A DNA stretch of 64,000 bases from an uncultured Chloroflexia bacterium (GCA_963703345.1 OY969814.1:1536001-1600000), one strand, 5' to 3'; counted from the stretch's first letter, positions 28,350 through 37,486 are shown. A program made the numbers and translations. Notes: a model not told the origin generated them from the sequence alone.

Positions 28350-29816
28350 CTAGTTGCGATTGCGGATTAGCCTCCGCGTCTCCAGAAGCGTGATCCCGCC
28401 GAAGACCAATGCAATGACTGACGCCACGGCTGCCCCACCGGTCGGGCCGCCACCACTGCCGTCACCGGATGAAGGAAGCGCCTCCGCCTGGTGGAACGGC
28501 GTCGGCGTCACTCGCGGTGCCACTTGCGGCGTCGGCGTTACGGCCACCGGGCTAACCTGGCTGAGCGGCGTCGGCGGTACCGGCGTATCAGTCGCACTTT
28601 CATGGTGCCTTGGCGTGTGCGTAGCCGTTGGCGTGTCCGTGGGTGTCAGAGTCGGCGTGACGCTGCCCGTTGGCGTCAGCGTCGGCGTGGCCGAAGGTGT
28701 GATTGTCCCCGTGCTGGTGGCCGTCGGCGTGTCGGTGTCGACCGGCGTATTGGTGCTGGTCGCCGTCGGCGTTGCGGTGTCAGTCGCCGTCGGCGTGGCG
28801 GTGTCGGTTGCCGTCGGCGTGGCGGTGTCGGTTGCCGTCGGCGTGGCGGTGTCAGTCGCCGTCGGCGTTGCGGTGTCAGTCGCCGTCGGCGTTGCGGTGT
28901 CGGTTGCCGTCGGCGTGGCGGTGTCGGTTGCCGTCGGCGTGGCGGTGTCGGTTGCCGTCGGCGTGGCGGTGTCAGTCGCCGTCGGTGTGGCGGTGTCGGT
29001 TGCCGTCGGCGTGGCGGTATCGGTCGCCGTCGGTGTGGCGGTGTCGGTTGCCGTCGGTGTGAACGTATCGGTCGACGTTGGCGTCGCGGTGCATGTTGGC
29101 GTCGGCGTGAAGGTCTTTGTTGGCGTGGCCGTGCTTGTGAACGTCGGCGTCGGCGTGGACGTGTTAGTGGCCGTCGGCGTCGATGTCATCGTCGGCGTTG
29201 GCGACGATGGTGGAACGATCTTGTTCACGGGAAGCGGCACGTCCTTGTTGCCGATGTTTTCACACGCCACTCCGCGCACTAGGCGGTTATGCAGACTCGA
29301 TCCGCTCCACAAGTCGGCCTGCGGACCTAGCTGAGCGTTCCAATTCAATACGACCGTGGAGCTCTGCGCTGTGAAGGTTACGTCATATGTGATCACCGAA
29401 GCGTCGGCGGCTTGATGGCCGACCATGTTGACACCTGTGGCCGAGCCATTGGCGCTGCCCCATAAGTTGAAGTTGTCATAACCAATAATGCCAGCTGAGT
29501 CCTTGAAGTCGTGCTGCAGCTGAAGGCAGGTGTATGACGTTCCGAACGTGAGGCCCGTGATCGTCAATCGATGGGGGACGTTGTCTAAATCGCTCCAGCA
29601 ATTCCCGGATCCTATGCCCGCGCAGAGGTTGCCTGTGGTGTAGCCGTCTCCGAATACCTGGCCTTCCAGCGTGTATCGATCACCGGCGGCCGTCGCTTGT
29701 TGGTCATGTCGACCCAAGACTCCGAGCGACACGAGAGCGACGCCGACGATTGCTACGACACCAAGGAATAGCATGCAGCAGACCTGAGAGCGCCCTAATT
29801 GAAAGTGGTTCTTCAT
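28350..29816 (-). CDS. Thr/Pro-rich surface protein, paralog 1 (Cys-containing N-domain, about 12 TPTATDTA repeats, LPSSG-TM-basic tail)
   Basis: AGGAGG SD, N-terminal hydrophobic segment, 24-nt tandem repeats, sortase-like C-terminus. Confidence 0.85.
   Translation of the reverse strand: MKNHFQLGRSQVCCMLFLGVVAIVGVALVSLGVLGRHDQQATAAGDRYTLEGQVFGDGYTTGNLCAGIGSGNCWSDLDNVPHRLTITGLTFGTSYTCLQLQHDFKDSAGIIGYDNFNLWGSANGSATGVNMVGHQAADASVITYDVTFTAQSSTVVLNWNAQLGPQADLWSGSSLHNRLVRGVACENIGNKDVPLPVNKIVPPSSPTPTMTSTPTATNTSTPTPTFTSTATPTKTFTPTPTCTATPTSTDTFTPTATDTATPTATDTATPTATDTATPTATDTATPTATDTATPTATDTATPTATDTATPTATDTATPTATDTATPTATDTATPTATDTATPTATDTATPTATSTNTPVDTDTPTATSTGTITPSATPTLTPTGSVTPTLTPTDTPTATHTPRHHESATDTPVPPTPLSQVSPVAVTPTPQVAPRVTPTPFHQAEALPSSGDGSGGGPTGGAAVASVIALVFGGITLLETRRLIRNRN
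28772..29060 (-). repeat. 24-nt coding tandem repeat (TPTATDTA)
   Basis: About 12 units with wobble-position variation. Confidence 0.9.
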
Positions 29817-29841
29817 GCCCAACCTCCTGGCTATACACGAC

Positions 29842-29934
29842 AAGAAACCGCCGCCTTCTGCCTAGAAGACAGCGGCTGAAGAGCTCCGAAATAAACTTTT
29901 CGGCAGCCCGGCAGTCCTGGCCCCGCCTCCCTGC
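29842..29934 (-). promoter_or_regulatory. Partial c-di-GMP-I riboswitch (3' half plus terminator only)
   Basis: Homologous to 31811-31904 (GCCGGGCTGCCGAA, GGAGCTCTTCAGCCG, hairpin); no GGCAAA/GAAA/GACGCAAA half upstream. Confidence 0.6.
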
Positions 29935-30079
29935 TCTTCATCGTTCGCTCCTCTTCCCGAGTCTGCATGCACTGCAGGCCGCTTTGGGAGCGGCCGGCAG
30001 TACGCCTGATTGGGCTGTCGCTTGCTCTATTAGAGCAGAATACCTCTTCAGAGTCCATGCTCCATCCTACCCGGCGATG

Positions 30080-31681
30080 CTATTCATCCTCATGCACTCG
30101 CGCCAGCCGCAGTCCGGTCAGCAGCAGGACGATGCCGGCGAGCGAGAACAGCACGCCCAGAATCGTCGCTCCCTGCGAGGAGCCGTGGTCTCCCGGATCG
30201 CCGGCGTGAGGCAGCACCTCGGTAACCGGTTGCCGCGTGATGACCGCGGGCGCAACTGTGCTCACGTGCGTTGGCGTCGGCGGGACCGTGGTAGCCGTCG
30301 CCGTGTTGACCGGCGTTGGAGTCGGAGTGTGCCTTCTGTGGTGCTCCGTCGCCGTCGCCGTCGGCGTCGAAGGTGTTGCTGTGGGCGTGGCCGTGTTAGG
30401 CGGCGTACCCGTGGTCGTAGCTGTCGGCGTGGCCGTATCGGTTGGCGTCGGCGTTACGGTGTCGGTCGGCGTCGGCGTGGCCGTATCGGTTGGCGTTGGT
30501 GTTGCCGTATCAGTCGGCGTTGGCGTTGCCGTATCAGTCGGCGTTGGCGTGGCCGTATCGGTTGGCGTTGGTGTTGCCGTATCAGTCGGCGTTGGCGTTG
30601 CCGTATCAGTCGGCGTTGGCGTGGCCGTATCGGTTGGCGTCGGCGTGGCCGTATCGGTTGGCGTCGGCGTGGCGGTATCGGTCGGCGTTGGTGTTGCCGT
30701 ATCGGTCGGCGTCGGCGTGGCCGTATCGGTTGGCGTTGGTGTTGCCGTATCGGTTGGCGTCGGCGTGGCGGTATCGGTCGGCGTTGGTGTTGCCGTATCG
30801 GTCGGCGTCGGCGTGGCCGTATCAGTCGGTGTCGGCGTGGCGGTATCGGTTGGCGTTGGTGTTGCCGTATCGGTTGGTGTCGGCGTGGCCGTATCGGTTG
30901 GCGTCGGCGTGGCGGTATCGGTTGGCGTTGGTGTTGCCGTATCGGTCGGCGTTGGCGTTGCCGTATCAGTCGGCGTTGGCGTGGCCGTATCGGTCGGTGT
31001 CGGCGTGGCCGTATCGGTTGGCGTCGGCGTGGCGGTGCTGGTCGGAGTAGGTGTGGCCGGCGGGACAATCTTGTTCACCGGGAGCGGCACTTCCTTATTT
31101 CCGATGCTCTCGCAGGATATCCCCCGCACCAACCGGTTGTGCAGGCTTGAGCCGTTCCATTGGTCCGCGTGCAGGCCCAGTTGCGAGTTCCAGTTCAGGA
31201 TGACGGTAGAACTCTGAGCGGTAAAGACAACGTCATAGGTGATTGCGGTTCCTCCGCCGCCGATCGACACCTCCGGCCCGGCGGTCATGGTGACGCCGGA
31301 AGCGGAACCGTTTGCGCTGCCCCATGAGTTGAAGTTGTCATAGCCAATGACGCCGTTGGAATCCTTGAAATCGTGCTGCAGCTGAAGGCAGGTGTATGAC
31401 GTTCCGAGTGTGAGGCCCGTGATCGTCAATCGATGGGGGACGTTGTCTAAATCGCTCCAGCAATTCCCGGATCCTATGCCCGCGCAGAGGTTGCCTGTGG
31501 TGTAGCCGTCTCCGAATATCTGACCTTCCAGCGTGTATCGATCCCCAGCGGCTGCGGCCTGCTGGTTCTGTCGAATCAGCAGGCCAAGCAACACGAACAA
31601 GGCGACACCGGCGACAGCCACGACGCCAAGAAGTAGCAACCAGTTGACACGGATTTTCCCAATTGGAAACGGGTTTTTCAT
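30080..31681 (-). CDS. Thr/Pro-rich surface protein, paralog 2 (about 25 TPTPTDTA repeats, LPHAG-TM tail)
   Basis: GGAGG SD; N-domain nearly identical to paralog 1; sortase-like C-terminus. Confidence 0.85.
   Translation of the reverse strand: MKNPFPIGKIRVNWLLLLGVVAVAGVALFVLLGLLIRQNQQAAAAGDRYTLEGQIFGDGYTTGNLCAGIGSGNCWSDLDNVPHRLTITGLTLGTSYTCLQLQHDFKDSNGVIGYDNFNSWGSANGSASGVTMTAGPEVSIGGGGTAITYDVVFTAQSSTVILNWNSQLGLHADQWNGSSLHNRLVRGISCESIGNKEVPLPVNKIVPPATPTPTSTATPTPTDTATPTPTDTATPTPTDTATPTPTDTATPTPTDTATPTPTDTATPTPTDTATPTPTDTATPTPTDTATPTPTDTATPTPTDTATPTPTDTATPTPTDTATPTPTDTATPTPTDTATPTPTDTATPTPTDTATPTPTDTATPTPTDTATPTPTDTATPTPTDTATPTPTDTATPTPTDTATPTPTDTVTPTPTDTATPTATTTGTPPNTATPTATPSTPTATATEHHRRHTPTPTPVNTATATTVPPTPTHVSTVAPAVITRQPVTEVLPHAGDPGDHGSSQGATILGVLFSLAGIVLLLTGLRLARVHEDE
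30424..31035 (-). repeat. 24-nt coding tandem repeat (TPTPTDTA)
   Basis: About 25 units with wobble-position variation. Confidence 0.9.
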
Positions 31682-31810
31682 TTTGCTTGCCTCCCGCAGC
31701 GAATTGCTGCACCCCAGGCCATCACGTGAGCGACAGTGCGCAGAGCGTCTGAGCTTTCGCCTGTTCGAATAACACCCTGCTCATTCCTCACAGCCGGTAC
31801 CACATAAACG

Positions 31811-31846
31811 AAAAAGCCGCCGCCTTCAGCTTAGAAGACAACGGCT
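31811..31846 (-). terminator. Riboswitch expression-platform terminator
   Basis: AGCCGTTGTCTT-loop-AAGGCGGCGGCT followed by TTTT. Confidence 0.75.
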
Positions 31847-31864
31847 GAAGAGCTCCGCAAATGC

Positions 31865-31986
31865 CTCTTCGGCAGCCCGGCGGCCCTAGCCCCCACCTCC
31901 CTGCCGTCGTCCCTGATAGCTATTCGGAGACCGTAGATCCGTGGCTTTGCGTCGGCCGGTTTCCCGGCCTTTGCCTTTTCGGAGCG
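31865..31986 (-). ncRNA. c-di-GMP-I (GEMM) riboswitch with extended P3
   Basis: GGCAAA-GGCCGG-GAAA-CCGGCC-GACGCAAAGC...GCCGGGCTGCCGAA; G at the specificity position; terminator follows. Confidence 0.85.
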
Positions 31987-32586
31987 TATTCTGATTGTTG
32001 TTAAAGAGAAGGGGCCGAGGGACACGGTGCAGGGCCCCGCCTCCCCCTTTCCGGGTCCCTCGGCCCCAGAAAAGCTAACTCCTGGCTCTCGATGAACGGG
32101 GGCGCAAGGGAGGGGCCGATACCTCGGCCGAGGCCGCGCTCCTGCCGCTTTGGCTGGAAGCTGCGGCTTACGCCCCCCGAAAGCAGGGAGGCAGGCGCTT
32201 TGGTTGCCTGCTGGCATGGTTACCCATGCGCTTCTCGGAGGCTTCTTCTCTTGTCCAGGTGCCCGGTCGGCTGCCCTCCATCGGCATGCCGCCCGTTTTT
32301 CCCCAATATGAGGGGATTCACCTAGGCTGAGCCCTTACGCCTCCTTGCGAATTACAGGCCAGCAGGAAAAGGTCGAAAATATTATCGGAGGAGCCCCGGG
32401 CTCCAGACCTACGGCCTCTTCCCTGAGGCTGCGAGTTTAGCGCAATGTTGTCACAACAGCGGCGCGTTGTCAAGGGGCTCTCCTGGTACTCTGTCAATAC
32501 TCATAACGTTCAAGTTAGGTGCTCATTACAGGATGGGACGCCGCTCTTGAAGCCTTGGGCCTATCCTAAGCGTTAGGACAAAGACG

Positions 32587-32739
32587 ATGAAGAGCTTTCT
32601 CAACGAGAGGGGCCAGACCACAGTCGAGTTCGGCTTAGTACTGGTCCTGGTCGTGGTTGCAGCGGTTGTAGCCCTTGGTGGGCTAGGTGGAGCAGTACTT
32701 CAACTCTGGAACGGTTTCGTCTCGGCCTGGCCGGCTTGA
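32587..32739 (+). CDS. flp: Flp family type IVb pilin (50 aa; not in ORF track)
   Basis: MKSFLNERG|QTTVEFGLVLVLVVVAAVVALGGLGG: prepilin G|xxxxE(F) motif plus hydrophobic helix. Confidence 0.8.
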   Translation: MKSFLNERGQTTVEFGLVLVLVVVAAVVALGGLGGAVLQLWNGFVSAWPA

Positions 32740-32855
32740 GATCATGGCAGGCCAAGCGCGGGGACAGATACGGAGGCAGCGTCCGCACGAACGCGGCGTC
32801 GCATCCGAAGCCGCCGATTTGAGGCTAGACCGAATCGACTGATAGGGACCGAGAC

Positions 32856-34727
32856 TTGGTGTTTCGAAGCGCCTCGATCACTACTGCAGTCATCTCGCTG
32901 CTTGCGCTGGCGTGCGCCGGCGCTCACGCGGACGACAGCAAGCTCCACGTCGACATTGCCAGCGTGGACAGCAGCGCCTTCCCCAGCGTGTCGGCCGTCG
33001 TCAACGTGCTCGACGCGAACGGCCGCCCGATCCCGGGCCTCGATGCCTCAGCAATCCAGGCCTCAGTCGACGGCAAGCCGGCAACGATAGAGGAGGTGCA
33101 GCCTGTCGTCGATTCGCAGGTCGCTCTCTCCGTCATTCTCGCCGTCAACGTGAGCGGCAGCATGGGTGGGCAGCCGTTATCTTCAGCCCAGAAAGCGGCC
33201 ACGGACTTCGTGCACGGCCTTTCGCCGCAAGACAGCGTCTCCATCTTGACGTTCAGCGACTCCGTCAACACCGTCCTGGAGCCCACTGCTGACAAGGACG
33301 CCGTCGCTGCCGCCCTGGCCGGGTTGAACGCCGGCGGAAACACCGCTCTATACGAGGCGACGAGCCGGGCAATCGCCGAGGCTTCAGCCTCGCCGTCAAC
33401 GCGCCGGGCAATCGTTCTGCTGGGAGATGGCGTCGACTACGGCGGCAGGAGCAACGTCAGTCGGGACGAGTCTCTAGCACAAGCGCGGGCCGCGGCAGTG
33501 CCTGTGTACACGATTGGTCTGGGCTCCGAAATCGACAGGAACTACCTTGATGAGCTCGCAACGGCCACTGGCGCCCGGTTCCTGGAAACGCCCTCGCCGG
33601 AAGGGCTGTCGCAGCTTTACGGCGACATCGCCGGTCTTCTGCGCGGCCAGTACGTCGTCAAGCTCGCGTCGCCTCAGGCCGCTGCTGGGACGACGCACAC
33701 CCTCGAGCTGACGATCAGCGCTGGTGGGGTTACCGCCGTCGCGTCAAAGGACTTGCCGGCCGTCGCCGCTGCAACTCCCCGACTGACGCTGAAAGGTCTC
33801 GCCTCAGGCGAGCGTGTCAACTCGCTGACTACTATCACGGCGGAAACAGGGGAGGCAGTACCGCTTGAAGTACGTTTCCTCCTCGACGGCAAGCCTCTCG
33901 CCGACGCGACAGCTCCACCTTTCGCCGCAACGATCGACCCCGCCGTGCTCAAGAATGGCAACCACAGTCTCCATGTCGAAACCAGGGACGCTTCGGGCAG
34001 CAGCTATACGCTCGACATGACCTTCGCCGTCGGGGCGGTCGGTGGCAGCTCGATGAGCCCGCAAGTCATCGGCGCTCTCGCCGCCGTGGCGCTATGCGTC
34101 GCCGGCCTCATATGGTTGCGACGTCGCCGGCCGAACGTGCGGCGGAAGATTGTGCAGGTCCGCCTGCGGCCCTGGTCGAACGGCGGCCCGGCGGAGACCG
34201 AATCGTCACTCGTCGACGAAGAACCCGTCTTATTGCTTCAGCCGGAGGCCGAGCCGGTAGAACAACCGCTTGCCAAGCTGGTCATAGTGAGTGGTCCAAA
34301 CTCCGGCAAGGAGTTCCCCGTCGGCTCGACGCCGCTTAGCGTCGGCAGCGCTGAGTGGTGCGACATCATTTTGGCAGACGACGGCGGCTCGATAGGACCG
34401 GAAGAAGCACGAGCCTGGATCCACGGCGACAAGATGATGTTCCACAAGCTGACGCGTCTCACGGTCTTGGCCACGGACGGAGCTATTGGGGGCTGGCTGG
34501 TGCTGGAGCACGGCGACGAGGTCAGCGTGGGTCCCCACCGGCTGCGCTTCGAGGTGCTGGCCGGAAGGACACTGGAGCAGGCCAAAGCGAACAAGGCAGT
34601 AACCGATGCCGTGGAGCGCCTCAATTCCCGTCCGGGTGAAGGCTGGTTTTGGCCCGTCGACGAACCTCCGGGCGCACCGCCGCCGGAAGACGACCTCGAC
34701 ACACCGGCTGCTGCTTCCTCAGCCTGA
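32856..34727 (+). CDS. Exported VWA + Ig-like domains, TM, cytoplasmic FHA-like domain
   Basis: Signal peptide, NVSGS / TALYEA / DG VWA motifs, Big-like segment, TM+RRRR, FHA-like LVIVSGP..G...VG...CDI.L. Confidence 0.8.
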   Translation: MVFRSASITTAVISLLALACAGAHADDSKLHVDIASVDSSAFPSVSAVVNVLDANGRPIPGLDASAIQASVDGKPATIEEVQPVVDSQVALSVILAVNVSGSMGGQPLSSAQKAATDFVHGLSPQDSVSILTFSDSVNTVLEPTADKDAVAAALAGLNAGGNTALYEATSRAIAEASASPSTRRAIVLLGDGVDYGGRSNVSRDESLAQARAAAVPVYTIGLGSEIDRNYLDELATATGARFLETPSPEGLSQLYGDIAGLLRGQYVVKLASPQAAAGTTHTLELTISAGGVTAVASKDLPAVAAATPRLTLKGLASGERVNSLTTITAETGEAVPLEVRFLLDGKPLADATAPPFAATIDPAVLKNGNHSLHVETRDASGSSYTLDMTFAVGAVGGSSMSPQVIGALAAVALCVAGLIWLRRRRPNVRRKIVQVRLRPWSNGGPAETESSLVDEEPVLLLQPEAEPVEQPLAKLVIVSGPNSGKEFPVGSTPLSVGSAEWCDIILADDGGSIGPEEARAWIHGDKMMFHKLTRLTVLATDGAIGGWLVLEHGDEVSVGPHRLRFEVLAGRTLEQAKANKAVTDAVERLNSRPGEGWFWPVDEPPGAPPPEDDLDTPAAASSA

Positions 34728-34861
34728 CCCTCGTCTTCGGCCCACGAACGACAACGCCCCGGCCTCACTTTCAGCGTCACGGCCTCTCGCTGCCTTCGTG
34801 CCAATGACATGGCGTGGGATGCAGTCGACGTAACATCGGCGTACTCTTTCCCACCCACCCG

Positions 34862-34881
34862 CCTGCCTACCGGCAGGCAGG
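34862..34881. repeat. Short palindromic element CCTGCCTACCGGCAGGCAGG
   Basis: GCCTGCC-TACC-GGCAGGC hairpin; a variant sits inside mutS at 19870-19890. Confidence 0.55.
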
Positions 34882-34934
34882 CCCGCAAGCGTCATTCCCC
34901 TCCTCCCTTCCGCGATCGTATTAGGGATAACCCC

Positions 34935-34961
34935 TACAGACCACGCTACACCTGCCGATAC
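34935..34961 (+). promoter_or_regulatory. sigma28-like promoter upstream of the ECF sigma gene
   Basis: TACA-15 nt-GCCGATAC flanked by TAGG-N7-CCTA boxes. Confidence 0.55.
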
Positions 34962-35045
34962 TTACCTAGGTGAACTCCCTAAGGAATACGACCTAAGGGG
35001 GAGTGCCGAGACGTATCGCCGATTCCGTCCGGGAAAGAGATCGCA

Positions 35046-35612
35046 GTGCTCAAACTGGACATCCCGCCGGTAACCGAAGAGAGGATGCTCGTCCAGCGGG
35101 CCATTGCTCGCGACAGCGAAGCCTTCGCCGAGCTCTACGACCGACACGTCGTACGCGTCTACCGGCACATCTACTACATAATCAACGACCAGAAAGAAGC
35201 TGAAGACCTTACCGCCCAGACCTTCCTCCAGGCCTGGGAGGCGGTGGGCCGTTTCCAACCTAGGGGTGCTCCCTTCGCATCGTGGTTGCTGCGCATCGCT
35301 CACAACCTGGCCGTCAGCCATCTGAGGGCCCGAAAGGGGGATGCGCAGCTCCACGAGTCGCTTGTCGACGACGGCCTTCCGCGAAACCCGGAAGCCGTCG
35401 TCGAACGACAGGCCGACGAAGAGCGCGTCCGACAAGCCGTCCTCCGCCTCGGCGACGACCAGCGGCAAGTCATCATCCTCCGCTTCGTCGAAGAACTGGA
35501 CTACAAAGAAGTCGCCGAGATTCTCGGCAAGAGCGTGGCTGCGGTGCGCGTCATCCAGCACCGCGCCCTGTGCGCCCTGCGCAAGATCATGAAGGTGGAA
35601 GAAGTTGCCTAG
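35046..35612 (+). CDS. ECF RNA polymerase sigma factor
   Basis: Region 2 (AEDLTAQTFLQAW, FASWLLRIAHN) and region 4 HTH (YKEVAEILGKSVAAVR). Confidence 0.93.
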   Translation: MLKLDIPPVTEERMLVQRAIARDSEAFAELYDRHVVRVYRHIYYIINDQKEAEDLTAQTFLQAWEAVGRFQPRGAPFASWLLRIAHNLAVSHLRARKGDAQLHESLVDDGLPRNPEAVVERQADEERVRQAVLRLGDDQRQVIILRFVEELDYKEVAEILGKSVAAVRVIQHRALCALRKIMKVEEVA

Positions 35613-35871
35613 AATCGTCGAAGCACTTGCCGACTGCCTGGAAGCGATGCGTCAGGGCGAAGATATGGAGGTCTGTCTGGCGATGTACCCACAGTACCGC
35701 GCCGAGCTCACACCATTGTTGCAGATCGCGAGCTTACTGCGGCCGCTGCCACCGGAGATAGCGCCCTCGTTCGCCTTCAAGGAGCGCACCAAAGTGCAGA
35801 TCCTGGAGGGCCGACGGGCGCAAGAGGGCTCGTCCCTTGCGCCGGACCAGCGGTCGGGCAAGTTCCGATGA
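35605..35871 (+). CDS. Small soluble putative anti-sigma protein
   Basis: Overlaps the sigma stop; LADCLE..CL..YP....EL.PLL pattern resembles Chloroflexota anti-sigma N-termini; no TM. Confidence 0.6.
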   Translation: MPRIVEALADCLEAMRQGEDMEVCLAMYPQYRAELTPLLQIASLLRPLPPEIAPSFAFKERTKVQILEGRRAQEGSSLAPDQRSGKFR

Positions 35872-36084
35872 AACACCACGGCGCGACACCTCGCGGCGTC
35901 CCCGTGGCGATATGACAAAAACCGGCCAGAAATGGCTTTAAGGCTCAGCAAAGGAGGTGAAGCCGAAAGACTGACGAACACCCGGAGACCATCCGCCTGG
36001 CGCCCTCGCGACAAGTGTCGCCCCGCCCGAGGGCCAGGCGGTGAAGCAAGCTCGACAACACCTTAGACAACTAGGAGGAAACAA

Positions 36085-36273
36085 ATGCAGTTCATCAACG
36101 ACGCCATTCTCCGGCTCTACTGCTGGATGAAGGATGAGAAGGCTCAGACCATGGCCGAGTACGGCTTGATCCTGGCCCTCGTATCGGTCGTCGCGATCGT
36201 GGCCCTGATAACGGTCGGCGATCAGCTGAAGACTGTCTTCGGCGACATCAAGAACGCCCTTACACCTGCATAG
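36085..36273 (+). CDS. flp: Flp family type IVb pilin (major)
   Basis: DEKA|QTMAEYGLILALVSVVAIVAL; AGGAGG SD. Confidence 0.92.
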   Translation: MQFINDAILRLYCWMKDEKAQTMAEYGLILALVSVVAIVALITVGDQLKTVFGDIKNALTPA

Positions 36274-36491
36274 AACCGACTCACGATCGGAAGTCGACGA
36301 CAACATTTGGGTGGGGAGCACGTGTCTCCCCACCCAATCTCATTCGAGAAGGCAAGATGCTCGGCCGGTCGTCAAACAACCGCGGCCGGTGCTGGATGTG
36401 GTCATCGGCGGCTCCTGACGAACAGGCGCTGCTCGACTCTGCCCGCGCCCCGTTTTGCGACGCCACTGAACGCGGCCAAGCGCCCTAGGGT

Positions 36492-36519
36492 TCAAGAGAT
36501 ACGTTCAATCGGCCGATAC
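36492..36519 (+). promoter_or_regulatory. sigma28-like promoter for the tad operon
   Basis: TCAA-16 nt-GCCGATAC. Confidence 0.65.
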
Positions 36520-36610
36520 TCTTAATTGGGTAAGGCACCCATAGATCAAACGAAAACCAAGTCCAGCCGCTCTCGTGGCCGGACATCTACGCGAAACTGG
36601 AGGTAGCCCC

Positions 36611-37438
36611 ATGGCTGGAGCAGGAGCCCGTGGGCCGGTGAGCAGGATCAATCGACGCTTCCTGCTGCTGACAATCGTATTCGCCCTCTTGAGCGCGGTA
36701 TTGGTCTACGCCGCCATCTCCCGCGGCAGCACCAGCAAGGAAGCCGAGTCAGCGTCCATGACCGGCTTCACAGTGATCGCCAAGATGGACATACCCGCGC
36801 GTACCCAGATTACGGCCGAAATGCTGGCACTAAAGGAAATCCCGCTTAGCGTTCGCCCGGCTACGGCGCTCACCAGCATTGACGACGCTGTCGGCAAAGT
36901 GACACGCTACCCGATTGGCGCCGACGAGGAGGTGACCCCGAACAAGATCGTCTCCCTCCAGGGAACCCAGACGACCGATTCGCTCTCGTTCGTCGTCCCA
37001 AAGGGGATGCGCGCGATCTCCATTCAGGCCGATCAGGTCCTGAGCGCCGGCGGCCTCGTGCTCCCCGGCGACTACGTTGACATAATGGGCGTGCTCAAAG
37101 GAACGAAACCCGACGGCACCACCGTAGAGAACTACGTCGTCAAGACGATACTTCAGAACGTCCAGGTGCTGGCGGTGGCCCAAAAGATCGCCGACATTGC
37201 GGTAGGCAGCGGCACCGGTTCGACCTCCGCAAGCGCTGATAGCTCTAGCGGCTCGTCGGCCAAGCCCAATCCGGAAGCGACGACCCTGACGATTCTCGCT
37301 TCGCCCGAGCAGTCGGAGCTGCTCTTCCTCGCTGAGTCCAACGGCACCCTGAGAGCCGTGGTTCGCGGCTTCGGCGACGGCGACGTGACCCAGGTGCGTC
37401 CCATCTTCCAGAACGAACTCTCGCCGGCCGCGCCTTAG
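36611..37438 (+). CDS. cpaB: Flp pilus assembly protein CpaB/RcpC
   Basis: TM, SAF domain, GMRAISI, PGDYVD, LQNVQVLAV. Confidence 0.92.
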   Translation: MAGAGARGPVSRINRRFLLLTIVFALLSAVLVYAAISRGSTSKEAESASMTGFTVIAKMDIPARTQITAEMLALKEIPLSVRPATALTSIDDAVGKVTRYPIGADEEVTPNKIVSLQGTQTTDSLSFVVPKGMRAISIQADQVLSAGGLVLPGDYVDIMGVLKGTKPDGTTVENYVVKTILQNVQVLAVAQKIADIAVGSGTGSTSASADSSSGSSAKPNPEATTLTILASPEQSELLFLAESNGTLRAVVRGFGDGDVTQVRPIFQNELSPAAP

Positions 37439-37443
37439 CCCTG

Positions 37444-37470
37444 TTCAGCGAAGATACTCGCATCCGATAT
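37444..37470 (+). promoter_or_regulatory. Possible internal sigma28-like promoter for cpaE
   Basis: TTCA-15 nt-TCCGATAT in the 48-nt cpaB-cpaE gap. Confidence 0.4.
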
Positions 37471-37486
37471 AGGAACAAGGAAGTCG

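Noticed and set aside
28772-31035. Long tandem repeats resembling a CRISPR array
   Set aside because: Contiguous 24-nt units with no spacers and wobble variation inside ORFs; no cas genes.
28354-31217. Plus-strand Val-rich and Arg-rich ORFs
   Set aside because: Antisense shadows of the Thr-rich repeat genes.
32093-32122. GCCGATAC as another sigma28 promoter (also weak boxes near 23221, 32382 and 32838)
   Set aside because: No -35 match at 15-16 nt spacing, or a degenerate -10.
31831-32217. 128-aa minus-strand ORF
   Set aside because: Runs through the riboswitch, terminator and hairpins; no protein-like features.
35945-35980. Third GEMM-like aptamer upstream of flp (GCAAA...GAAA...GACG)
   Set aside because: P2 pairing is poor and the 3' conserved strand is absent.
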